Shown: positions 1 to 11,274 of the stretch, in pieces
Numbering within the stretch: position 1 is the first letter of the stretch
Layout: each line of letters opens with the position of its first letter
Assembly: GCA_038886535.1 (NCBI GenBank)
Contig: JAVZXS010000001.1
Span: forward strand, 192,001-256,000
Reading direction: 5' to 3'
Length of the DNA stretch: 64,000 bases
From: Candidatus Micrarchaeia archaeon
GTDB taxonomy: Archaea; Micrarchaeota; Micrarchaeia; CABMEP01
Made by a program: the position numbers and the translations under genes
The notes under the pieces: model-generated
Told to the model about the DNA's origin: nothing
The model's database searches: none
Seen by the model: only the letters and a program-made list of their open reading frames with translations

Positions 1-2
1 GA

Positions 3-1163
3 ATGAGATTTCATACTGCACGGGGTAGAATGATCGCCAGTTAAAACAACAACAGTATCCTTAAGTTTAGTTATAGGTTTTAATGATTTGTCTATTTTTT
101 CTATCATTTTCACTTTCGTTTTCCAATCCCCATCATGTCCGGCTATATCTGTTGCTTTTATATGTAAAAATACAAAATCATATCTTTCTAGGGCATTGAT
201 AACTGATTTTATTTTACCTTCTAGATCTGTATCATATCCAGCAGTAGCAGTCGGAACATTTATTATATCCATTCCAATATATTTTGCAACCCCTTTATAT
301 AATGCTCCTCCTGCAACGCAAGCAGCCTTCATTTCATATCTTTCAGAAAACGGAATTACTCTTACTGCCCATCCATATAATCCTCTATATTCTGCTCCTT
401 CTTCTATTCTTCCTTGCATTTTTTCTATCATACTAGCTCCACGTGTCATTATTGAATTTGCAACTTTCAAATTCTTTCTTTTTCTTTCTTCATTTAACTT
501 GTGTTTTTCAAGTATTCTGTTTATTTCTCTTATTGTTTCATTTAAAACTTCAGAAGTAATCTCTGCGCTTTCACTTTCGTCTAGTGGTTTAGCCCACTGC
601 ATTCTTCCTTCGTGGTGTGAATCTGTATCACTAATTAGAGGATTAAGTTTAAAATCTGGATCAAGACTTCTAATTACTAAAACACCTCTATGTGATTTAG
701 TATGATGGAATCTGGATTCAAATTCTCTTGTTTTTCCATTCTTATCTTTTATTTTGACTTTTATTGAAGAGATAGACTTGGAAATTTCTTTTGCTTCATC
801 ATTACTCATTCTGCCAGCTCTCCTATCAGTTATATACCACTCATTTCCTTTTTTTTCTACGGTGCAGAAATTAGATCGGAATGCGATCTCTCCAGGTCTA
901 ATTTCTATTCCAGCACCTAGAGCTTCAAGTATCCCTCTTCCAACATAGAATCTGAATGGATCATATCCAAAAATTGCTAAATGTCCAGTGTCGCTTCCAG
1001 GAACCCATCCAGGTCCAACAGGATAACTTATTCCAGTTATTCCTTCTTTTGCCATTCTATCAATATTCGGTTTTTTTGCAATTTCAAGAGGTGTCTTTCT
1101 ATTTTTTTCATTTATTGGTCTATCCCCAATTCCATCTAAAACAATGAAAACAACTTTAGTCAT
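3..1163 (-). CDS. apgM: 2,3-bisphosphoglycerate-independent phosphoglycerate mutase, archaeal type (3' end runs off the window)
   Basis: Not in the ORF track. Manual minus-strand translation from ATG 1163 gives MTKVVFIVLDGIGDRP...TPLEIAKKP...PGSDTGHLAIFGYDP...GRGILEALG and VLTGDHSTP at the window edge. Confidence 0.93.
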   Translation of the reverse strand, partial: MTKVVFIVLDGIGDRPINEKNRKTPLEIAKKPNIDRMAKEGITGISYPVGPGWVPGSDTGHLAIFGYDPFRFYVGRGILEALGAGIEIRPGEIAFRSNFCTVEKKGNEWYITDRRAGRMSNDEAKEISKSISSIKVKIKDKNGKTREFESRFHHTKSHRGVLVIRSLDPDFKLNPLISDTDSHHEGRMQWAKPLDESESAEITSEVLNETIREINRILEKHKLNEERKRKNLKVANSIMTRGASMIEKMQGRIEEGAEYRGLYGWAVRVIPFSERYEMKAACVAGGALYKGVAKYIGMDIINVPTATAGYDTDLEGKIKSVINALERYDFVFLHIKATDIAGHDGDWKTKVKMIEKIDKSLKPITKLKDTVVVLTGDHSTPCSMKSH

Positions 1164-1254
1164 TTACTCACTAAGAAGTAATCCTTAGCAATATTTTTTA
1201 ATATTACTTTCTTTATAACCTTTAAGGATTTACAATAATCCATGGAGCGGTTTT

Positions 1255-1725
1255 ATGAAGCCTGCAACACTATGTTTCTTTTTCAGGAAAAATAATGGAG
1301 AAGAAGAGATTCTTCTTGCAATGAAAAAGAGAAGGTTTGGAGCTGGAAAATGGAATGGATATGGAGGAAAGATAGAGGAAGGCGAACCTCTTTTAGAGGC
1401 GGCATGCAGAGAAATAAAAGAAGAGAGCGGTTTAGATGTTGAGCCTTCTTCGTTAATAAAGATTGGTGAGATTGATTTTAAAGTAAAAGATAAGCCAGAG
1501 TGGGATCAATTTGTACACGTATTCAAAGTAACTGAATGGAATGGAGAGCCGGTAGAGACGGAAGAGATGAGGCCAAAATGGTTTAAGATAAAAGATATTC
1601 CTTACGATGAAATGTGGGAAATGGACAGGATTTGGATTCCTTACATGTTAAAAGGAAAGTTTATAAATGCAAAATTCATATTAGATTCAGATGGAGAAAG
1701 GATATTGTATTATAATATAATTTAG
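1255..1725 (+). CDS. Nudix hydrolase, MutT/MTH1-like 8-oxo-dGTP diphosphatase
   Basis: Nudix box GGKIEEGEPLLEAACREIKEESG; MTH1-like KKRRFGAGKWNG and ETEEMRPKWF. Confidence 0.88.
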   Translation: MKPATLCFFFRKNNGEEEILLAMKKRRFGAGKWNGYGGKIEEGEPLLEAACREIKEESGLDVEPSSLIKIGEIDFKVKDKPEWDQFVHVFKVTEWNGEPVETEEMRPKWFKIKDIPYDEMWEMDRIWIPYMLKGKFINAKFILDSDGERILYYNII

Positions 1726-1748
1726 TTTATTTACTTAGGGGGGAATTT

Positions 1749-4700
1749 GTGGCTGGTTTAAATCTGAGAATATTTTTTATTTTTTTTATCGTTTTGTTCA
1801 ATATAAATTATGGTTTATCTTATCTCAATAACTGTAGTAATTTAAATATTAATGGTGAAACTTATATCCTGACAACTAACGTTTCTTCAACAACTATCTG
1901 CTTTAACATATCAGCCAATAATATAACTCTTGATTGCAATGGGAATACGATTTATAGCTATAATAATGCAGTAGCTAATGCTTCAATAATTACAAATGCT
2001 GCGTTAACAGGTATTGTCATTAAAAATTGTAATTTTATTGGAAATGATTCATACATTCTTTTTTTCCCATATGGTAATTTAAATTCAAAACTTATTAACA
2101 ATTCATTTAAAAACTGTTATTATTGTAGTTGGATACAATCTGATAATAACATTTCTATAATTAACAATTCTTTTTATAATTCTAGAAATGCGATTCATTT
2201 TGTTGGAACTAGTGGTTTCAACATCTCTAATAACCTTTTTTCAAACATCAGCTCCAGATCTATTTCTGCTGGTGGGTTAGATTCTAATCCAAGTTTAGTT
2301 AAAGTAATCGAGAACAATTTCTTCCTCAATACTTATAGAGGAATTTATAATGGTATGACTTTGACACATATCAATTCAAATGAATTCTATAATTGTGGAG
2401 AATATTGTATTTATTTAGCTTCTGCACAAAACAATTCAATTTTTAATAACAATATAAGTAATTATTCAATATATGGCTTAATTTTGGATTCATCGTTAGG
2501 AACTAATATATCTACAAACATATTTAATTCAACTGTAGGTAGTGCTATAGTTTTAAGAAGTAGTGATGTAATTTCTGTTTTTAATAATACGATATATGGT
2601 CCTTTGATATTAGAGAGCTCTCGGAATGATACTATATTCAACAATACAATTTTGACTGCAGGAATAGCATTACACGCCTATTCTCCCTATTATGAAAACG
2701 AGAATAATCAAATATTTAACAATTCAATAGTTAGTATTGATTCTTATGCTATTCGATTAGTTAGTTCTAAAAATAACTTAATCTATAATAATATACTGAA
2801 AGGATCTGTTCCAGTAGAAGTCGTTGACACTTTATATACTAATTATTGGAATACAACAATTAATTGTTCTGGCGCGAGAAATATAGTTGGCGGTCCGTGT
2901 ATTGGAGGTAATTTTTATTCTAACCTGAATGAGACAGGTTTTTCAGAAAACATTAATGTATGTTCACCACAGTCAAATAAAATATGTGGAAATTCATATA
3001 CCATACAAACTAACAATATTGATTATGCACCAATAACAAATCGTTTGTTAGCACCATCTTGTAGTTCACAATTAAATGAACCAAATACGATTTATATTAT
3101 GTGGAGTTCTCAAGTTACACCTGGGACGTGTTATACAATTACAGCAAATAACGTTACACTCGACTGTAAAGGATATACTATTACATATGCTACAGGATCT
3201 AATTATGCGTATGGAATATATTCTGGTGGCTATAATAACTCTGTAATTAAAAACTGCAAACTTATTCAAAATACAGCTCCAAGAAATAATGCACATGGAA
3301 TTTGGTTTGCAGGAAGTTCAAATAATAAAGTTGAAAATGTTTCTATAAATATTGTTGGAAATCAAAGCAACGGTATTTATTTAACTTATTCTTGGCCCAA
3401 TCCATCTAATTACAATTTTATTAAAAACACAACTATTACTATGTCAGGAGTGCAAGGTCATGGTATAGATATTTATGGATCTTATAATAACTTCTCAAAT
3501 ATTTCAATTGTAACAACTGGAATGTATGGAAATGGAATTAATTTCGATCCTTCTTCAGATTCAAATTACAACATATTTACAAACATGTCAGTAAAGGATA
3601 CAGGTTCTTATTCCTTTGCAATTCAATTGCGTGGTAATGATAATAGATTCTATAATAATTTAATTAATAGTAGTTCTACTTCTCCAGTTTCAGTAACATC
3701 TGGTTCTAATTCATTTAATACAACGCTTACAATGGGAACAAATATAATTGGCGGTAATTATATTGCCGGTAATTTCTGGGCAACTCCTTCAGGAAACGGT
3801 TTCTCTGAAACATGTACAGACAATGATGGAAACGGGATCTGTGATGCAACTTATACTATCAATTCAGATAACATCGACTATCTCCCGCTTGCAGTTCCTC
3901 CAATTCAGTTAACAAGTTGCGGTACTCTTGATAAGACAGGAAAAACGTACTTATTAATTCAAAACATTACTACCTCTAATGATTGTTTTATAATAAATAA
4001 AAGTTATATAACGCTAGATTGTCAGAATAATACTATTACAGCAAATAGAGGTGTTTTGATTGGCTTTCCAGGACGGGAAAGTTCTTCAAATATAACCGTT
4101 AAGAATTGTATAATAAACAGTGCTTATGATGGAATAGACTTAGGGGCTTGGAGTTATAATACTAATATTACTATTTTAGGAAATAAAATTATTAGTCAAT
4201 ATGCGAATGGTATCGCTTTTGGAACTGTAGCAGGTTCTAATATTAATATATCTAATAATATAATTTATTCCCCTAGATGGGGGATCTATATAGTCAGCGG
4301 TTCAGGTTATATAACAAACAATACAATTGTTCAAGTAGACTGCAATTATGGAGGATATCCTCCTTGTGGTGGTTTAATTTTATATGGTGGTTCAAATTTT
4401 AATATATTACATAATTTTATAAACTCAACAAACGCACACGGTATTGTTTTTGCAGATTACTTAGGAACTACAGCAGATAACAACTTAGTTATCAATAATC
4501 TTATTTATACTAATTATTGTGGTTTTCGTTTTCAACCTTATAGTAAATGTGGAGCAAGGAATAATATCATAGCTAATAGTACTATTATAGCAATTGGTAC
4601 AAACAGCTGTGGAATATATTCAGACTGTCCAATAAATACTACGTGGTCTAATATTACAATCAACTCTGAAGGAACAGATTTTATTTCATTATATTCAATA

Positions 4701-7700
4701 AATAATACTTATTTTAATGTAACATTCAATTCTTCTTTCTACCCAACTAAGGTAAGTTTTACTCATAATGGCAGCATTAAAATAAATTCAGCTGATGCAG
4801 TTCCTTCTTCAGGATACTACAATGTTTCCAAATACCTTAACATCACAAACTCAACACCTGCATGGGTATACATTAATTTCACATACTCAAACGATACAAT
4901 AGGAGAAAATGAAACAAAACTCAAACTCTATAGATGGGATGGGTCTGCATGGAATGAAGTTCCAGGAAGCGGAGTAGATACTGATAATAAGATAGTTTAT
5001 GGAAATATTACACAATTCAGCATATTTGCTCCACTTGCAGTTGCAGATGCGATTCCCCCATCAATTCAATTGATATCTCCTGAAAATGATACATATACAA
5101 ACCAAAACAGTATGACCTTCATTTTCAATGCAACAGATGATCAGAGTTCTACATTAAACTGCAGCCTTTACATAAATAATGAAATTAACCAGACAAACGA
5201 AAGTTTTGTAAATGGTTCAGTTACTTCGTTCTCATTGACAAATATTGCAGATGGATATTATACATGGTACGTTAATTGTTCTGACGCTTCTGGCAATAGC
5301 AATGTCTCAGAAACAAGAACATTTACAATTGACACAATTCCTCCATCAGTCTCTATCACATCTCCATCTTCAAATTCATATCTTAATTCAAAGATAATAA
5401 CAATAACTGGTACTTCATCTGATCTAAATTACAATTTCACAAACATCTCAATCTGGCAGGGAAGCACACTAATTAATTCAACAATCACAACTAGTACTTC
5501 ATGGTCAGTCCAGCTTGCAGCGCAGGATGACGGAGTATATAGCATAAGTGCTGTTGCATATGATCTTGCAGGTAATGAAAATTCAAGCAATATAACAGAT
5601 ATAACAATAGATACTACCATACCTCAGGTTACAATTATTTCTCCATCGCAATCATCCCCGATTTATTTGAGGAGCAGCGTTCCAGTCCAACTTAAATTCA
5701 ATTACAATGAAACCAATCCTGCAAACTATACAGCTCTACTAATAAACAGTTCAGGACAAAGAGTATCAAACATATCAGAGAGTTTAGCTATTAGTGGTGA
5801 TGTGAATATTACGGCATCACTGTCAACTACTGGACTGCCTAATGGAAACTATTCAATCAATGTTACAATTTTTGATAAAGTAGGACACACTGTAACTGTC
5901 TCAGAGATCAATAATGTAATTATAGATAATGAAATACCTGGTGTAATAATTAATTCGCCTTCATCTGGCCATTATATTATAGGAGACACAATAGTTTTGA
6001 ATCTTACAATATTTGATGACAATCTCAATTACACTCAAATCACGATCTATAACGCATCAGAATCTATTCTAAATTACACCACTAATCAGTCTGGAACATT
6101 TACAATAAACTTCACTCTTCCAGATGATATATATACAATAAATGTAACCTCCTTTGATCTGTCTGGAAACAATGCAACCGCAACTGTCACTGGTGTAGAA
6201 TTAGATTCAACATCACCATTCTATCTAAATAACTGCTTGGACATAACAATGCCAGGAGAATACTATCTTGTAAATAATATTTATTCAACTAATGTCACTT
6301 GTATATTCATAGATGCAGATAACGTGACTGTTGATGGTCAGGGATATGAAGTACGCAACCTTGGAAACCCAATTATTCCGGGAATATTTGTACAGGATAG
6401 GAAAAACATTACGATTCAAAACATAATAATCTCTCATTATGATCCAGATATTCAAATGATTAATGTAACTGATGCAAAGATTTACAACGTAACACATAAT
6501 GGAGGACAAATTGAAATTATATATACTGATGCAGAAATTAAGAATTCAAGATTTGAGAATAGCAGTTCAGAAGGTATGGTTGCAAATCTTTCAAACATTA
6601 TCATAAATAATACAATTATCAAAAATAGCCAATCTGATACATTATATATATCATCTTCTAATGTAAGCATTTTAGGCTCACATATTCAGAACTCTAATGG
6701 AGTAAAAGGCATTTCCATTTCTGGACAAAACAGCATAATATCAATAGCATCATCAAGTATTATTCTGCAAACAGCAGACAATGCAGATGTAATTGATGTT
6801 GATGTTTCATCAACAGATAACCTATATCTATCAATTTCAGATTCAAACGTAAGCAACCAAAACAGTTTCATACATTTAAGAAATTCAGCTGGTTTTGAAT
6901 CCAAGAATATTTCAATTAATGTTTTCAGAAACAATATTTTCAACTTCTCAAAAATTATATCTTCAGATTCACCAGTTAATGGATCAGGAAAGATCTTATT
7001 AACCAGTGATATTCATGGAAACTACTGGGGAAGATCATCTTACCCATATGTGAATTTATCAGACTTCCAAAATGTTTCAGATGTCTCAGATGAGCTTCCT
7101 TATAAAGAAGCAGATGGATGGAATAAGGAAGCAAGATTCAGATTAAATTCTTCAAGCTATAATTTTGCATCAAAAGATGGAAAGCTGTCAATTTTAATGC
7201 CATACAACCCATCCTCACCAAATGACAATCTTGTCTTAAGCAGGCTAGAAAATGAAGTCTTCGTAATAACAGATCTTCCTTTAATGCATTTAGCTGCTGA
7301 AAACTCAATAGTAAATGCAAGATTGCACTATTTATTTGGAACTTACGAATCTGTGTATTTGCCAGTTGAAGAAAGAGAAGGCCTACTTTTAGTAACTCCG
7401 TTACCTATTGAAATCAAGGTAAATCTTTCAGATGATTTCAACACAAGTGAAGCAGATGATATTTCCTCAATTGAATTCGATGAAAATGGATTTATAAAAG
7501 ATCTCGGTGGAAAATTCGTTTTTGACTCAAATGAAGAATCTTTCAAGCTAAAGCTTAACATCATTAATGGTTCAATTGATTTCTTAATAGGAAAGAAGGA
7601 ATCAGATCTTATACTTTTTGACAATGTAAGCCCAACAGTCTCTCTACGTCAATCCGGTTCTATAGTTATTGCAGATTATTTAGATCCATTACAACAAGTG

Positions 7701-9905
7701 ATTCAGAGAAATGATGGAAGAGGCAATGCTTATAAGGAAGTGAATTCAGATCAAATTATTCCATTGTTCCTGCCAAATGGGGCAATGGTCAGTAATGCAA
7801 CGATGACACTTTCACCTCTCTCAGGAACTCCTTCATTCAACGTTTCAATCTACTTAAGAAACAACGTGACTTCATTATCTTCAGCTGAAAGATATTACTT
7901 TAATGAAATCTCTTCTCTCTCTTCACCTATTACGTTAGACTTAACTTCAAGTATGCAATCAGCTCTTGGAAATTGCAGCCAATTGCATAATGGTTCATAT
8001 TGTTTATTCTATATCAGTATCAATGGTTTGAATGATGGAGAATTCAATATTTCAGAATTCAATTTCAATTATTCATATTCATCTGGAATCAAGTTGCCAG
8101 ATGTAAATACCAGTGGTACAATTACATCTCTTGTGGAAATACCAAAGCATGAACCAGATGTTTTCTATCTAAGCGATGGAGGAACTGATGTCCTAGTTAT
8201 TTCATTGCCTTTCAAGTCATACATAAAATCAGCACAGATAACATTAAGTGGAGAAGAGTGGGAAGGCTCTTATCCATCTAATGTCAATATGTGGATAGGA
8301 AACGGATCAACATCACCCAGAACGCCATTTGTTACATATTCTGGTGAATTCAATACTTCCATACAAATAATTGCACCATTTGTTTCTGCTTTAAGGAACT
8401 ATACATCAAGCGCAGATGCTGACCATAAAGGTAATGTCCTAATACCATTAACACTTAATTCATCAACAAAGGGTAAGGTCAGGATCAGTTCTATAAGTGT
8501 TGATTATGATTTAAGAAATGCATACGATTTAAACTCTCCATCGTATATCTATGGATTCAATGATGGAAGTGAAGTTAAAACAGTAACATTTACAAACTCC
8601 TCACCATCTACAATCCTCTATATAGATATTCCAAAGTATTCCAGAGTTTCAAACATCTCAATCATATCAAGCCCTTCAGAGAACATTACATTCAATATTG
8701 ACTTCCTAAACGATGGAGTTATAGAGATTGAGAATAGTACAATGATAAGGCAACTCAATCTTACTCAATACCTACAAAATTGTTCTCCATACAAATTTAG
8801 AATTCCATTTGGAAGATTGTGCAAGGTTGCAATTAACATAACAGCCAATCTTGATGCGTATCCAAATGTTTATTCAGATTTCGAAGTTACAAGTTCATTT
8901 ATCTCAATGCCTTGGCGATATGCCGGATCTGATTCAGAAATAATAAGAGAAAGCGAAAAGAGGTTTGACTTTCTTACTATCCCAACTGGAGCTGCCAAGC
9001 GTGCAAGGTCTCTATCATTAGAGCACCGTTCAATCTACTCATTACAATCAGGTGATATTGTTATCGGCTATGGATTAGATATGGCTGGAAATAGAGGAAG
9101 TGGCAATTATACATTTATAGTTGCCGGCCCACCCACTCCACCAGCAATAACTCCACCATTAACAAAGATTCCATTATCTGGATGGATGAATTGTACTAAT
9201 TCATTAGCATATGTAATAACAGAACCAGGTGCTTCAGTTACTGTTTTGTTTAGGTCAAGCGGCATGTTTGTTACAGGAGGAACAGCGGATTCAAATGGAA
9301 GATTTGAGTTTATGCCTTTATTGAGTGGAGACTATATTATCCGTGTATCTAAATCAGGATTTGAAGATAATCAAATTACACTTACTGCAAATATTTGTAT
9401 TGTTGAGACGCAAATTTCTACAAAGAAGTCACTCATCTGTTCTCAAGATAAGTGCAGTATTAATCTTTATCTTGCAACAAACAAGATTTCAGACTTCCAG
9501 TTCAGGCTTACAGACTTTATACCGTCGCAAGTAATAAAAACAGTTAATTCGATAGTTGACAGATTCGGAAAGGTGTTCTATAGTTATAGCTATACAGATT
9601 CTTTAATTTCTATTCCATCCACTCAGAAGATAACGAGTACATTCTCAGTTATATTAGATACGGTTTTGACCGCTATTCCAAACTACATTGAAAATGAAAA
9701 TAAATTCATATATTCAATAACTAATACTGCTGCAGACGTTGAACTTGATGAGATTATAATACCATTGCCTGAAAATGCAAAAGGAAAGGAAATTGCATCA
9801 ATCGAGTACATTGATGCAGACGGTTCAAAGATAAATATAACGGATTACACAGTGGAATATGACAGGATTATTATCCACCAGTCAGTGATTATTAAGAAAC
9901 AGTAA
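1749..9905 (+). CDS. Giant secreted surface protein with parallel beta-helix (NosD-like) modules, a PGF-pre-PGF-like domain and Ig-like repeats
   Basis: N-terminal signal peptide. Four C..L...G.TY.L..N....TC..I.A.NITLDC-type module starts, Asn-rich helix repeats, LYRWDGSAW..VDT..KIVYGNITQFSIFA, D..PP.V.I.SP Ig repeats, many N-x-S/T sequons. Confidence 0.8.
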   Translation: MAGLNLRIFFIFFIVLFNINYGLSYLNNCSNLNINGETYILTTNVSSTTICFNISANNITLDCNGNTIYSYNNAVANASIITNAALTGIVIKNCNFIGNDSYILFFPYGNLNSKLINNSFKNCYYCSWIQSDNNISIINNSFYNSRNAIHFVGTSGFNISNNLFSNISSRSISAGGLDSNPSLVKVIENNFFLNTYRGIYNGMTLTHINSNEFYNCGEYCIYLASAQNNSIFNNNISNYSIYGLILDSSLGTNISTNIFNSTVGSAIVLRSSDVISVFNNTIYGPLILESSRNDTIFNNTILTAGIALHAYSPYYENENNQIFNNSIVSIDSYAIRLVSSKNNLIYNNILKGSVPVEVVDTLYTNYWNTTINCSGARNIVGGPCIGGNFYSNLNETGFSENINVCSPQSNKICGNSYTIQTNNIDYAPITNRLLAPSCSSQLNEPNTIYIMWSSQVTPGTCYTITANNVTLDCKGYTITYATGSNYAYGIYSGGYNNSVIKNCKLIQNTAPRNNAHGIWFAGSSNNKVENVSINIVGNQSNGIYLTYSWPNPSNYNFIKNTTITMSGVQGHGIDIYGSYNNFSNISIVTTGMYGNGINFDPSSDSNYNIFTNMSVKDTGSYSFAIQLRGNDNRFYNNLINSSSTSPVSVTSGSNSFNTTLTMGTNIIGGNYIAGNFWATPSGNGFSETCTDNDGNGICDATYTINSDNIDYLPLAVPPIQLTSCGTLDKTGKTYLLIQNITTSNDCFIINKSYITLDCQNNTITANRGVLIGFPGRESSSNITVKNCIINSAYDGIDLGAWSYNTNITILGNKIISQYANGIAFGTVAGSNINISNNIIYSPRWGIYIVSGSGYITNNTIVQVDCNYGGYPPCGGLILYGGSNFNILHNFINSTNAHGIVFADYLGTTADNNLVINNLIYTNYCGFRFQPYSKCGARNNIIANSTIIAIGTNSCGIYSDCPINTTWSNITINSEGTDFISLYSINNTYFNVTFNSSFYPTKVSFTHNGSIKINSADAVPSSGYYNVSKYLNITNSTPAWVYINFTYSNDTIGENETKLKLYRWDGSAWNEVPGSGVDTDNKIVYGNITQFSIFAPLAVADAIPPSIQLISPENDTYTNQNSMTFIFNATDDQSSTLNCSLYINNEINQTNESFVNGSVTSFSLTNIADGYYTWYVNCSDASGNSNVSETRTFTIDTIPPSVSITSPSSNSYLNSKIITITGTSSDLNYNFTNISIWQGSTLINSTITTSTSWSVQLAAQDDGVYSISAVAYDLAGNENSSNITDITIDTTIPQVTIISPSQSSPIYLRSSVPVQLKFNYNETNPANYTALLINSSGQRVSNISESLAISGDVNITASLSTTGLPNGNYSINVTIFDKVGHTVTVSEINNVIIDNEIPGVIINSPSSGHYIIGDTIVLNLTIFDDNLNYTQITIYNASESILNYTTNQSGTFTINFTLPDDIYTINVTSFDLSGNNATATVTGVELDSTSPFYLNNCLDITMPGEYYLVNNIYSTNVTCIFIDADNVTVDGQGYEVRNLGNPIIPGIFVQDRKNITIQNIIISHYDPDIQMINVTDAKIYNVTHNGGQIEIIYTDAEIKNSRFENSSSEGMVANLSNIIINNTIIKNSQSDTLYISSSNVSILGSHIQNSNGVKGISISGQNSIISIASSSIILQTADNADVIDVDVSSTDNLYLSISDSNVSNQNSFIHLRNSAGFESKNISINVFRNNIFNFSKIISSDSPVNGSGKILLTSDIHGNYWGRSSYPYVNLSDFQNVSDVSDELPYKEADGWNKEARFRLNSSSYNFASKDGKLSILMPYNPSSPNDNLVLSRLENEVFVITDLPLMHLAAENSIVNARLHYLFGTYESVYLPVEEREGLLLVTPLPIEIKVNLSDDFNTSEADDISSIEFDENGFIKDLGGKFVFDSNEESFKLKLNIINGSIDFLIGKKESDLILFDNVSPTVSLRQSGSIVIADYLDPLQQVIQRNDGRGNAYKEVNSDQIIPLFLPNGAMVSNATMTLSPLSGTPSFNVSIYLRNNVTSLSSAERYYFNEISSLSSPITLDLTSSMQSALGNCSQLHNGSYCLFYISINGLNDGEFNISEFNFNYSYSSGIKLPDVNTSGTITSLVEIPKHEPDVFYLSDGGTDVLVISLPFKSYIKSAQITLSGEEWEGSYPSNVNMWIGNGSTSPRTPFVTYSGEFNTSIQIIAPFVSALRNYTSSADADHKGNVLIPLTLNSSTKGKVRISSISVDYDLRNAYDLNSPSYIYGFNDGSEVKTVTFTNSSPSTILYIDIPKYSRVSNISIISSPSENITFNIDFLNDGVIEIENSTMIRQLNLTQYLQNCSPYKFRIPFGRLCKVAINITANLDAYPNVYSDFEVTSSFISMPWRYAGSDSEIIRESEKRFDFLTIPTGAAKRARSLSLEHRSIYSLQSGDIVIGYGLDMAGNRGSGNYTFIVAGPPTPPAITPPLTKIPLSGWMNCTNSLAYVITEPGASVTVLFRSSGMFVTGGTADSNGRFEFMPLLSGDYIIRVSKSGFEDNQITLTANICIVETQISTKKSLICSQDKCSINLYLATNKISDFQFRLTDFIPSQVIKTVNSIVDRFGKVFYSYSYTDSLISIPSTQKITSTFSVILDTVLTAIPNYIENENKFIYSITNTAADVELDEIIIPLPENAKGKEIASIEYIDADGSKINITDYTVEYDRIIIHQSVIIKKQ

Positions 9906-11257
9906 TGGTGATTTGGATGGAGAATGAAATGGAGAAAATAAGTAAAAAAATTAGATTAGGCAAAAAGTTAAGTATTGCATTTATTCTCCTACTGATCCTT
10001 TCTCCATTGACGTATGCGCAAAACCAATTTGTAATAAATTTCGGAACACTTCCATTTGGAAATTGCACTTATAATTCTCAGTGTACATCAAATCTTTGTG
10101 TAGAAGGTCAATGTGTTGCATGCACGGCAGATAAAAATTGTTCTTCAAACCTATGTGAAAACGGAATCTGTATTTCATGTTCTTCAGATTCTCAATGTAG
10201 CAGATCAACTAATTACTGTTTGAACGGTGTTTGTACTGCTTGCTTGAGCGATTTGTCATGTTCTACAGGTCTTTGTTTGAATGGAGTATGTACAACATGT
10301 TCAAATGATATTCAATGTGCAGCAACAGGTTATCCTTGTATTTCAGGCAGATGTCAGCCATGCACGTCTGACGATCAATGCAGTGTTGGAATCTGCCAGG
10401 CTGGAGGAAGATGTAAATCCTGCAGTGAGATCGGATGTCCAAACAACTGGATTTGTAATGCGGATACTGGAAAGTGCAGCTGCAGAAGCAATGGCCAATC
10501 ATGTACATCAGGGTTAGAGTGTTGCACTGGTACATGTAGAGCTGGAAGCTGTGCCTTATGTATACTTAATCAAGAATGTCAATCTGGGCAGGTTTGCTTA
10601 AATGGATTCTGCGTTCCAGAATCCGAAGCACAACCATCACAACTGCCACCAGTTCCTACAACTACAAGTGGTGGAAGAAAATCTTCATCTTCAGATTATC
10701 AACAAGCGATCTCTATTCAGAGGGAAGTTGAAAGAGAGGCTGCAGCACCATTTATATACTCTATTTTCGGTGTAAGCAAAACAAAAATACAAGCAAGTGC
10801 TACATGTATAAAAGGTGCTTTATGTAGCACCAGCGCAGATTGCTGTGGTGCAGAATGTGTCAATGGCCAATGTTTATGTGCTAAAGGAGCATGTGTAACT
10901 TCAGGTGAATGCTGTACAGGTTATTGTGAAAACGGAGTATGTAGAAATCCACCTGTAATGAGTCTTTTCATTGCAGATGCCTTAAATAAACCGATAACAT
11001 CCCAATTTGCATGCAGCGGTTTGATTGAAGAATGCGATCCAACTGAAACGCAATGTATTTCAATATGCAATGGTTTAACTGGTCTTTTAGCTTTGGTTTC
11101 TATAGGGTTTGGATTCTTTGTCTGGAGGGAATTTAATCATCCAGTTCCCGGTTTGGTTGGTGTATTTGTTCCCATCTTAATAGGATTGATCACCTATCCA
11201 TTTGTAGGGATAATAGTGGGAATAATAATGTTAGGATTAATGCTTGCAAGACAATAG
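9905..11257 (+). CDS. Cys-rich repeat membrane protein
   Basis: Signal peptide, about 54 Cys in 4-Cys and 6-Cys repeats, C-terminal hydrophobic helices. Start overlaps the upstream stop (TAATG); the true start may be 9917 or 9929. Confidence 0.75.
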   Translation: MVIWMENEMEKISKKIRLGKKLSIAFILLLILSPLTYAQNQFVINFGTLPFGNCTYNSQCTSNLCVEGQCVACTADKNCSSNLCENGICISCSSDSQCSRSTNYCLNGVCTACLSDLSCSTGLCLNGVCTTCSNDIQCAATGYPCISGRCQPCTSDDQCSVGICQAGGRCKSCSEIGCPNNWICNADTGKCSCRSNGQSCTSGLECCTGTCRAGSCALCILNQECQSGQVCLNGFCVPESEAQPSQLPPVPTTTSGGRKSSSSDYQQAISIQREVEREAAAPFIYSIFGVSKTKIQASATCIKGALCSTSADCCGAECVNGQCLCAKGACVTSGECCTGYCENGVCRNPPVMSLFIADALNKPITSQFACSGLIEECDPTETQCISICNGLTGLLALVSIGFGFFVWREFNHPVPGLVGVFVPILIGLITYPFVGIIVGIIMLGLMLARQ

Positions 11258-11274
11258 TTTAAAAGAGTGATAAT

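Noticed and set aside
88..1147. Plus-strand ORFs 88..705, 754..948 and 956..1147
   Set aside because: Antisense shadows of apgM on the minus strand.
10064..10612. CRISPR-like or DNA tandem repeat array
   Set aside because: The repetition is at the protein level (Cys spacing); there are no identical DNA repeats with spacers.
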